From an uncultured Pseudomonadota bacterium (GTDB lineage: Bacteria > SAR324 > NAC60-12): DNA of 11,714 bases. This document shows positions 1 through 7,125 of the stretch, in pieces. The position numbers were made by a program, and so were the translations under genes. Within the stretch, counting starts at the first letter, position 1. Each line of letters opens with the position of its first letter. Under the pieces are notes generated by a model that made no database searches, was not told where the DNA came from, and worked only from the letters and a program-made list of their open reading frames with translations. Location of the stretch: assembly GCA_913020725.1 (NCBI GenBank), contig CAJWCD010000114.1, positions 1 to 11,714 on the forward strand, in the 5' to 3' direction.

Positions 1-41
1 GACTTTAGTCTCACGCTCGACTTTCAGTCGGCAAGCTGAAT

Positions 42-73
42 CTACCGCCGTTTGGCGGTAGTTGTTCAATTTT
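42..73 (+). terminator. Possible intrinsic terminator of an upstream transcript
   Basis: Perfect 8-bp GC-rich stem CTACCGCC(42-49)/GGCGGTAG(54-61) with a 4-nt loop GTTT, followed by an interrupted T-rich tail TTGTTCAATTTT. The upstream gene is outside the window. Confidence 0.4.
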
Positions 74-256
74 GGTGGTGATTCGCAGCATTATGCGGAG
101 ATTAGCCCCGGTTATCTCCGCAAGGACAAGCGGTTTCTGGTTATCAAGGGAGGAAAACTGGCAAGGAGATCCGCAATTCCTCTCGCCTTGTGCTTTGGGG
201 TTGGTTAAACTTTCCGAGTCCGTTTACTCATCAAACCGCTTCCGGGAGCAATTCTC

Positions 257-2704
257 ATGAGCAGCACTTTCCCCACTCAGGCCCAAGTCGTCATCATCGG
301 TGGCGGGGTCATCGGTGCCAGCCTCGCGTACCACCTCAGCAAGCTCGGCAGCACAGACGTGGTGCTGCTGGAGCGCAAGCAACTCACCTCCGGAACCACT
401 TGGCACGCCGCCGGATTGGTCGGCCAACTGCGGGCCACCAAGAACATGACGAAACTCGCGCAGTACACCAGCGAGTTGTACGCCGGACTGGAGGCCGAAA
501 CGGGACAAGCGACCGGCTTCAAGCAAAACGGTTCGCTCAGCGTTGCGCCGGACGAGGAACGCTTTGAAGAACTCAAGCGCGGAGCTTCAATGGCGAAGTG
601 TTGCGGATTGGAGGTCGAGGTCATCACGCCGCAGGAGGCGCAGGCGCTGTACCCACTGCTGAACATTGACGATCTTGTGGGGGCGGTCTTTTTGCCCAAG
701 GACGGCCAGACCAATCCGATTGACACCACGCTGGCACTGGCGAAGGGCGCCCGTGCGGGCGGAGTGCGCATTTTCGAGAACACGGCGGTTACGGCGATTC
801 ACCAAAAGGACGGGCGCGTCACCGGAGTTTCCACCGACAAGGGCGACCTCACCGCCGAGTTCGTGGTCAACTGCGCGGGGCTGTGGGGACGGCAGGTGGG
901 TCTGATGGCCGGGGTTGCGGTGCCGCTCCACGCCGCCGAACATTTCTACATCGTCACCGATGACCTCGGCCTGCCCGGAACCCTTCCGGTGCTGCGCGAT
1001 CCCAGCAGTTGGTGCTACATTAAGGAAGACGCAGGCAAGTTTCTGGTGGGCTGCTTTGAACCCAAGAGCAAGCCGCGTCCGCACCGCACGATTCCGGAGG
1101 ACTTCGCGTTTGGGGAATTTCCGGAGGACTGGGAGCATTTTGAACCGGCGATGCTTAACGCAATGCACCGCGTTCCCAAGCTGGAGAAAACTGGAATCCG
1201 CAAGTTCTTCAACGGCCCGGAAAGTTTCACGCCGGATGACCGTTACCTTTTGGGCGAAGCTCCAGAACTACGCAATTTCTTTGTCGCCGCAGGCTTCAGT
1301 TCCATCGGCATCCAGTCCGCAGGTGGAGCCGGAAGGGTGTTGGCCGAGTGGATCGTCAACGGACATCCGCTCCTTGATCTCTGGGACGTGGACATCCGCC
1401 GCGTGTTGCCCTTCCAGAACAACGAACGCTACCTGCACGACCGCACGGTCGAAGGACTCGGACTGCTCTACGCGATGCACTGGCCCTTCCGCCAGCCGGA
1501 AACCAGCCGAGGGGTCCGCAAGTCCGTGCTGCACGACCGACTCGCCCAAGCGGGAGCTTGCTTTGGGGAAACCGCAGGTTGGGAACGCGCCAACTGGTTT
1601 GCGCCCGACGGCATGGTTCCAAACTACGAATACAGCTACGGACGGCAGAACTGGTTTTCCGCGTCCGCCGACGAACACCTTGCGGTGCGCAAGCAGGTCG
1701 GGATGTTCGATATGTCCTCCTTCGGCAAGTTCATGGTGCAGGGCCGCGATGCGGAAGCCGTGATGAATCGCATTTGCGCAAACAATGTCGCCGTCGAGCC
1801 GGGCAAGGTCGTGTACACTGCATGGCTCAACGAACGCGGCGGCATCGAATCCGACCTCACCGTCACCCGACTCCGGGAAGACGCCTACCTCGTTGTCACT
1901 GCCGGAACCAGCCAGACGCGGGATTTGGCGTGGCTGCGTCGCCAACTTCCGGACGAGGCCAATGCCGTTGTCACCGACGTGACTTCCGGCTACGTTGTCC
2001 TCAGCGTGATGGGGCCGAACGCCCGCCGCTTGCTTGCGGAAGTGACTCCGGCGGACCTCTCCAACGAGGCGTTTCCGTTTGGCACAAGCAAGGAGATTGA
2101 GGTCGGTTACGCCACCGCGCTCGCCCTGCGCGTCACCTACGTTGGCGAACTCGGCTGGGAACTCTACATCCCCACCGAATTCGCGCAAGACATCTACGAC
2201 GGCATCGTCGCTGCTGGTTCCGGACATGGACTCAAGCTCGCAGGAATGCACGCGCTCAACTCGCTACGGCTGGAAAAAGCCTTCCGGCACTGGGGCCACG
2301 ACATCACCGATGAGGACAATCCGGTTGCCGCCGGACTCGGCTTTGCCGTCGCGTGGGACAAGCCCGGAGGCTTCATTGGCCGCGAGGCATTGCTGAAAAT
2401 CAAGGAGGCGGGAATTCCCAAAAAACGACTGGTGCAGTTTGCGATGCTGGAGCCGGAACCGCTGCTCTACCACAACGAACCAATTTGGTGCAATCAGCAG
2501 ATCGTGGGCGATCTCACTTCCGGGATGTACGGACACAGCATCGGCACATGTCTCGGCATGGGCTATGTGGAAAACGAGCAAGGTGTGAGCAAGGAATTTG
2601 TGGAAACGAGCAACTTCGAGATCGAAGTCGCCGGAGAACGCTTTCCGGCACGGGCCTCCCTGCGGGCCTTCTACGATCCCAACAGCGAACGCTCGCGCCA
2701 CTAG
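257..2704 (+). CDS. GcvT-family FAD-dependent oxidoreductase (sarcosine/dimethylglycine dehydrogenase-like; DAO domain + folate-binding GcvT domains), 815 aa
   Basis: N-terminal dinucleotide-binding motif VVIIGGGVIG; SGTTWHAAG motif with the His that is covalently flavinylated in DMGDH/SarDH; NGPESFTPD; C-terminal GcvT-type motifs (FDMSSFGK, GGIESDLTV, YVGELGWELY, SLRLEKAFRHWG). SD-like GGGAG at 244-248. The exact substrate cannot be determined from sequence. Confidence 0.92.
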   Translation: MSSTFPTQAQVVIIGGGVIGASLAYHLSKLGSTDVVLLERKQLTSGTTWHAAGLVGQLRATKNMTKLAQYTSELYAGLEAETGQATGFKQNGSLSVAPDEERFEELKRGASMAKCCGLEVEVITPQEAQALYPLLNIDDLVGAVFLPKDGQTNPIDTTLALAKGARAGGVRIFENTAVTAIHQKDGRVTGVSTDKGDLTAEFVVNCAGLWGRQVGLMAGVAVPLHAAEHFYIVTDDLGLPGTLPVLRDPSSWCYIKEDAGKFLVGCFEPKSKPRPHRTIPEDFAFGEFPEDWEHFEPAMLNAMHRVPKLEKTGIRKFFNGPESFTPDDRYLLGEAPELRNFFVAAGFSSIGIQSAGGAGRVLAEWIVNGHPLLDLWDVDIRRVLPFQNNERYLHDRTVEGLGLLYAMHWPFRQPETSRGVRKSVLHDRLAQAGACFGETAGWERANWFAPDGMVPNYEYSYGRQNWFSASADEHLAVRKQVGMFDMSSFGKFMVQGRDAEAVMNRICANNVAVEPGKVVYTAWLNERGGIESDLTVTRLREDAYLVVTAGTSQTRDLAWLRRQLPDEANAVVTDVTSGYVVLSVMGPNARRLLAEVTPADLSNEAFPFGTSKEIEVGYATALALRVTYVGELGWELYIPTEFAQDIYDGIVAAGSGHGLKLAGMHALNSLRLEKAFRHWGHDITDEDNPVAAGLGFAVAWDKPGGFIGREALLKIKEAGIPKKRLVQFAMLEPEPLLYHNEPIWCNQQIVGDLTSGMYGHSIGTCLGMGYVENEQGVSKEFVETSNFEIEVAGERFPARASLRAFYDPNSERSRH

Positions 2705-2774
2705 AATTTCTCGGTCTTCAGTTCAACCCCAACCCCATCAGCCGGAGCTTGGTGGTTTTGTGATCCACGCCGAG

Positions 2775-3779
2775 CTACGAACCGCTGGACCCAGCACCCT
2801 TCGCTCCAGATGCAAACTGCTGCGCCATCGCAATTGCGGCGAGCATCGAGCCGGGGTTGGCGTTGAGTTGCGGGGCAAGGTCGAAAGCGGTGCCGTGATC
2901 AACCGAGGTGCGGATGATCGGCAGGCCGAGGGTGACGTTGACCGCACGGTCGAAGCCAATCAGTTTAAGGGGGATGAGCGCCTGATCATGATAAAGCGCG
3001 ATCACGGCATCAAACCGCCCTTGCTGGTGCTGGAGAAAGATCGCATCAGGAGAAATTGGCATGCTGCATTGTATCCCTTGCTGGCGAGCCTGCGCAATCG
3101 CTGGTAAGATGATTTCCTGCTCCTCGGAACCGAAGAGTCCGTTTTCACCAGCATGAGGATTCAGCCCCGGAATGCCGAGTCGTGGTTCAGAAACTCCCAT
3201 GCGCCGCAGTGCTTGGTCGGTAATGCGCATGGTGTCCACTAGCAGTTCCGGGGTCAGCGTGTCGATGGCCTCCCGCAGTGAGAGGTGGAGGGTTGCCATC
3301 ACCGCCCGCAGTTGATCGACCACCAGCATCATCACGGAGCGCGGTGTGTTGGTGTAGTGGGCAAGCATTTCGGTGTGCCCCGGAAAATCATGTCCGGCGG
3401 CTTGCAAGGCTGCTTTGGCAAGTGGGCCGGTGACGATGGCGGCGATCTTGCCTTGGTTGGCGGCGACAATGGCTTCGTGGACAAAGCGAAAGGCTGATTC
3501 ACCACCCCAAGGGTCGCAGCGTCCGAGTTCCCAGCAACGGTCCTTGGAGACCGCGAGGTTGCGTACCGGAATCGCGCCCGCAGCGACGGGCGTGTCTGCT
3601 GCCAGAACCGCCTGCAAGCGGAGCGAGCTGCCCAGTTGTGCGGCCATGGATTCCAGCACCTCCAGATCGCCGAAGATCAGAGGTTCCCAGCCGTCAAAAG
3701 GTTGGAGTTGCGTCAAGGCTCGTAGCAACACTTCCGGGCCGATCCCATTGGGGTCGCCCATCGTCAGGCCAAGTTTCAT
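2775..3779 (-). CDS. pdxA: 4-hydroxythreonine-4-phosphate dehydrogenase PdxA family (PdxA or PdxA2)
   Basis: Motifs TMGDPNGIGPE, FPGHTE, GLNPHAGE, LYHDQ, NVTLGLPIIRTSVDHGTAFD. Start moved from the ORF-track 3824 to ATG 3779 (MKLGLTMGDP), where the family usually begins. Confidence 0.93.
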   Translation of the reverse strand: MKLGLTMGDPNGIGPEVLLRALTQLQPFDGWEPLIFGDLEVLESMAAQLGSSLRLQAVLAADTPVAAGAIPVRNLAVSKDRCWELGRCDPWGGESAFRFVHEAIVAANQGKIAAIVTGPLAKAALQAAGHDFPGHTEMLAHYTNTPRSVMMLVVDQLRAVMATLHLSLREAIDTLTPELLVDTMRITDQALRRMGVSEPRLGIPGLNPHAGENGLFGSEEQEIILPAIAQARQQGIQCSMPISPDAIFLQHQQGRFDAVIALYHDQALIPLKLIGFDRAVNVTLGLPIIRTSVDHGTAFDLAPQLNANPGSMLAAIAMAQQFASGAKGAGSSGS

Positions 3780-3881
3780 TGAAGTTTGCTCAAAGGTGAT
3801 CGTCTTGTGAATGCTCAGAAACACACTTTTTTATGAGTGCATCAAAAGTGGAATTTTAACGGTTCCAAAGCCGATGCCTCC

Positions 3882-3910
3882 TTGCAAACTAGCACTGACC
3901 TCCGCATAAT
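3882..3910 (+). promoter_or_regulatory. Sigma70-type promoter for the protease-nudC-serC-CDF-murJ block
   Basis: TTGCAA (3882-3887), 17-bp spacer, CATAAT (3905-3910), 43 nt upstream of ATG 3954. It also argues against the longer GTG start at 3837. Confidence 0.6.
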
Positions 3911-3953
3911 TCAACCATCGCCTGCGGCACGAACCCAATCCACGTTGTTCATC

Positions 3954-5027
3954 ATGCAAGCAAGCTCATTGGCTGTTCTTCGTTGCCTGCTCTTAGGACT
4001 GTTGCTGCTCGGCACAACCCTCCATGCCGCACCCCGCTATTCTCCGGACGAGCAGGAGAACATCCGCATCTACCAAGCCGCCAGCAGGGCGGTGGTGAAC
4101 ATCACCAGCATCGCCATCAATTACGATTACTTCTTCCGCCCCATGCCCCCCAAACAAGGCATTGGCACCGGATTCCTGATCGACAAACGCGGGACGGTTG
4201 TCACCAACTACCACGTCATTGAGAAGGGGCAGAAGCTGGTCGTGACCCTCTCTGACAACAGTCAGTGGCCCGCGAAACTGATCGGGGCTGACCCCAACAA
4301 CGACCTCGCGGTGTTGCGTATTGACGCACCGAAGGACAGCTACGGCATTCTGCGTTTTTCCAATTCCGAGGACTTGGTTGTCGGGCAAAAAGTCCTCGCG
4401 CTCGGCAACCCCTTTGGGCTGAAGCAGACGCTCACCACCGGGATCATCAGCGCTTTGGGACGCACGATTGAGGCGACCAACGGTCGTAAGATCAGCGGCA
4501 TCATCCAGACCGATGCGGCAATCAACCTCGGAAATTCCGGAGGGCCGTTGCTGGACACTACAGGCAAAGTCATCGGCATCAACACCGCGATCATTGGTGC
4601 GGCGGGCAATGTTGGCATTGGCTTCGCGGTCCCAATCAACACCGCCAAGCGGGTGCTTCCGGATTTACTGGAGTATGGCTATGTCCGGCGTCCGTGGCTG
4701 GGGGTGGAGCCGATTCCCACCGCCTACCTGCAACGCATTGGTTTGAAGGTTCCGGACGGGTTGCTGATCGCACAAATCGTGCGGGGCGCGCCTGCCGACC
4801 GCGCTGGACTCCGGGGTGCCTCGCAAACCGTCGTGGTGGGGCGTTTCCAGGTTCCGTGGGGTGGGGACATCATCACGCATGTGGATCGGATTCCCGTGAC
4901 CTCACTGGAAGCTCTTGCCAAGCAGATCGAGACCCGTAAACCCGGAACCACAGTGGTGCTGCGCGTTATCCGGGAGGAGCGGGTGCGGGAGATCACAGTC
5001 ACGCTGAAAGCACGGCCCCGACGCTGA
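3954..5027 (+). CDS. HtrA/DegP-family (S1C) trypsin-like serine protease with signal peptide and a single PDZ domain
   Basis: Catalytic triad motifs TNYHVI (His), DLAVL (Asp), GNSGGPL (Ser); also LGNPFGL, TLTTGIISALGR, IQTDAAIN; C-terminal PDZ (RPWLGV...PADRAGL...GDII). A hydrophobic signal peptide ending ...TLHA follows ATG 3954. Confidence 0.92.
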   Translation: MQASSLAVLRCLLLGLLLLGTTLHAAPRYSPDEQENIRIYQAASRAVVNITSIAINYDYFFRPMPPKQGIGTGFLIDKRGTVVTNYHVIEKGQKLVVTLSDNSQWPAKLIGADPNNDLAVLRIDAPKDSYGILRFSNSEDLVVGQKVLALGNPFGLKQTLTTGIISALGRTIEATNGRKISGIIQTDAAINLGNSGGPLLDTTGKVIGINTAIIGAAGNVGIGFAVPINTAKRVLPDLLEYGYVRRPWLGVEPIPTAYLQRIGLKVPDGLLIAQIVRGAPADRAGLRGASQTVVVGRFQVPWGGDIITHVDRIPVTSLEALAKQIETRKPGTTVVLRVIREERVREITVTLKARPRR

Positions 5028-5029
5028 AC

Positions 5030-5944
5030 ATGCCCCGACCCTCCAACGCCTTTGCTTCCGGAGCACTGGACCGCAAGGCAACCCAGCGTGGCGACGCAGC
5101 ATGGCTTGCAGCACTCCGCAAGGCTCCGGAAACCCGGCTTGTGCCGGTGTGGCGCAATCGCACACTGGTGCATGGCGAGGAAAATCTGGAGGCGGTTTGG
5201 ATTTCTGCACACTCACCGGAGGTGGCGGATTTTGGAGATCCGGCAGAGATCTGGCGTTTTCTTGGCGAATGGCAGAGTGCGAATTACTTCACGCTGGATC
5301 TGTCGCACTTGGACGAACCTCCATGGACGGAGGTGGGGCGCTTTGAGGATCTCCGTCAGGTTGGCCTCTTACTTCCGGAAATGCACGGGGCGATTTGTGC
5401 CTACGCCCGTGGGCTGAACCACTGGCACCGGCATGCACAGTTTTGCAGCAAGTGCGGAACCGCAACTCGTTCCACCGAAGCCGGACACCAGCGGGCCTGC
5501 ACCAATCCGGATTGCGGCGCCACTCACTTTCCACGCACAGACCCCGCCGTGATCATGCTGATCCACCACGGCGATCAGGTGGTGCTGGGGCGGCAGACGC
5601 AGTGGCCCCTTGGGATGCACTCGATCCTCGCGGGATTTGTCGAACCCGGAGAAAGTCTGGAAAACGCAGTGGCCCGTGAGGTGATGGAGGAAGTGGGAAT
5701 CGAGATTGAAACCCCGGAGTACCACTCCTCGCAGCCATGGCCCTTTCCCGCATCCATCATGCTCGGTTTCAGTGCTCAGGCCCGCACCACCAAACTGCAA
5801 GTCCAACTGGAGGAACTGGAATCCGCCCACTGGTTTTCGCGCTCGTTTCTGCAGAACTCCCCGGAGGACGAAACTTTCCGGTTACCACGCAAGGATTCCA
5901 TTGCCCGCCGCATCCTTGAAGACTGGATGGCAGAACGGCTCTAA
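5030..5944 (+). CDS. nudC: NAD(H) diphosphatase NudC (Nudix hydrolase)
   Basis: Zn ribbon FCSKCG...CTNPDCG, FPRTDPAVI, Nudix box GFVEPGESLENAVAREVMEEVG and the NADH-pyrophosphatase signature SQPWPFPASIM. Starts 2 nt after the protease stop codon. Confidence 0.93.
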   Translation: MPRPSNAFASGALDRKATQRGDAAWLAALRKAPETRLVPVWRNRTLVHGEENLEAVWISAHSPEVADFGDPAEIWRFLGEWQSANYFTLDLSHLDEPPWTEVGRFEDLRQVGLLLPEMHGAICAYARGLNHWHRHAQFCSKCGTATRSTEAGHQRACTNPDCGATHFPRTDPAVIMLIHHGDQVVLGRQTQWPLGMHSILAGFVEPGESLENAVAREVMEEVGIEIETPEYHSSQPWPFPASIMLGFSAQARTTKLQVQLEELESAHWFSRSFLQNSPEDETFRLPRKDSIARRILEDWMAERL

Positions 5945-5974
5945 CAAACGCCACAAATCGTCAAACACTTCTCT

Positions 5975-7066
5975 ATGACTCAAGCCCTTTACAATTTTGG
6001 CCCCGGCCCCGCGATGCTCCCTGCTTCAGTGTTGGAGCAGGTCCAGCGCGAAATGCTCGACTACCAAGGCACCGGCGTTTCTATTGTGGAACTGTCGCAT
6101 CGTGGCCCCGTATTTTTTCAACTGCTTGATGACGCGCGGGCGCTCTTCCGGGAACTCACCGGGTTGCCGGATTCACACACAATCCTCTTCATGCACGGGG
6201 GTGCGCAAATGCAGTTTTCGGCGGTGCCGCTTAACCTGATGGCGAGCAAACCTGCCCATCGGGCGCAATACGCCATCACCGGAAAATGGGGGCGGCTTGC
6301 CGAGGCGGAGGCCCGCAAGTACGGTAACACCTCCGTGTTGCTTGACGGCAAGGATTCGGACTACACGCGGGTGCCGGAATGGGATTCCACACAGGTGGAT
6401 CCGGAAGCGAGTTACGTTCACATCACCACCAACAACACACTCTACGGCACTCAGTGGTCGGAAATCCCGGACACCGGAAACGTGCCGCTGGCGGCAGATG
6501 CAACCTCGGACATCCTCTCGCGTCAGTTCGACTATTCACGCTTTGGTGTGCTGTTCGCCGGACTCCAGAAAAACCTCGGCCCCGCCGGAGCTGCTGTGGT
6601 GCTGGTGCGTAACGATCTTTTTGAACACGCGCTTCCGGAAACCCCCAAGTTGCTCGATTACACGATTTTCCGCAACAACCGCACAATGCCAAACACCATC
6701 AACACTTTCGCGGTTTATGTGATGAAACTCGTGCTGGAGTGGGTCAAAGCTGAGGGCGGAGTGGAGCAAATGGAAGCCCGTAACTCCCGCAAATCCGCAC
6801 GACTCTATGGGGTCTTGGACGATTCTGGGTTTTACCTCCCCAGCGCGCATCCGGAATCACGTTCGCAGATGAACGTGATCTTCCACTTGCCGAGTGACGA
6901 GTTGCTGCAACGCTTCCTTTCCGCAGCGGATGCGGCAGGGTTCTACGCGGTCAAGGGGCACGCGGAGGTCGGCGGGATTCGCGCCTCGATTTACAACGCC
7001 ATGCCCTACGAGGGTGTGGAAGCCCTCGCGCAGTTCATGCTCGAATTCGAACGCCGCAACGGTTGA
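5975..7066 (+). CDS. serC: Phosphoserine/phosphohydroxythreonine aminotransferase family (class V PLP enzyme), with divergent active-site motifs
   Basis: YNFGPGPAMLP, ELSHR, PLP-lysine motif GLQKNLGPAG, RSQMNV, GGIRASIYNAMP and C-terminal FMLEFERRNG, collinear with E. coli SerC as I recall it. Confidence 0.9.
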   Translation: MTQALYNFGPGPAMLPASVLEQVQREMLDYQGTGVSIVELSHRGPVFFQLLDDARALFRELTGLPDSHTILFMHGGAQMQFSAVPLNLMASKPAHRAQYAITGKWGRLAEAEARKYGNTSVLLDGKDSDYTRVPEWDSTQVDPEASYVHITTNNTLYGTQWSEIPDTGNVPLAADATSDILSRQFDYSRFGVLFAGLQKNLGPAGAAVVLVRNDLFEHALPETPKLLDYTIFRNNRTMPNTINTFAVYVMKLVLEWVKAEGGVEQMEARNSRKSARLYGVLDDSGFYLPSAHPESRSQMNVIFHLPSDELLQRFLSAADAAGFYAVKGHAEVGGIRASIYNAMPYEGVEALAQFMLEFERRNG

Positions 7067-7085
7067 GTGAACAATGACAGCGGCC

Positions 7086-7113
7086 AACCGATAACCGACC
7101 ATCATCAACCATC
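7086..7113. repeat. Degenerate heptamer tandem repeat in the serC-CDF spacer
   Basis: AACCGAT-AACCGAC-CATCATC-AACCATC: four units in 7-nt register. Confidence 0.35.
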
Positions 7114-7125
7114 AAAAACTGCTTG

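Noticed and set aside
13..91. Short minus-strand ORF MLRITTKIEQLPPNGGRFSLPTESRA (about 26 aa)
   Set aside because: No SD or recognisable features, and it runs through the hairpin cluster.
62..256. Glycine (or THF) riboswitch upstream of the GcvT-like gene
   Set aside because: The conserved glycine aptamer elements (GGAGA...CCGAAG...CTCTCAGG) are not present in the right order; only generic hairpins are seen.
72..260. 62-aa ORF overlapping the start of the dehydrogenase
   Set aside because: TTG start, no SD, no recognisable motif; it spans terminator- and operator-like elements.
1268..2251. Long antisense and alternative-frame ORFs (e.g. 1268-2251 -, 915-1763 +, 7615-8433 -, 8586-9221 +, 10998-11561 -)
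   Set aside because: They are shadows of well-supported genes in GC-rich DNA and have no family motifs.
3850..3880. SigmaE-type promoter for the HtrA-like protease (GGAATT at 3850)
   Set aside because: No TCAAA/TCTGA-like -10 element at the expected 16-17 bp spacing.
3780..3953. Longer ORF-track starts for pdxA (3824) and the protease (3837)
   Set aside because: The extensions are non-homologous, would leave only 12 bp between divergent genes and would cover the promoter at 3882-3910.
5030..5944. Nudix enzyme acting as a PdxB-bypass phosphatase in B6 synthesis (by analogy with E. coli NudL/YeaB)
   Set aside because: The protein has the full NudC signature (Zn ribbon and SQPWPFP), so NAD(H) diphosphatase/decapping is the simpler call.
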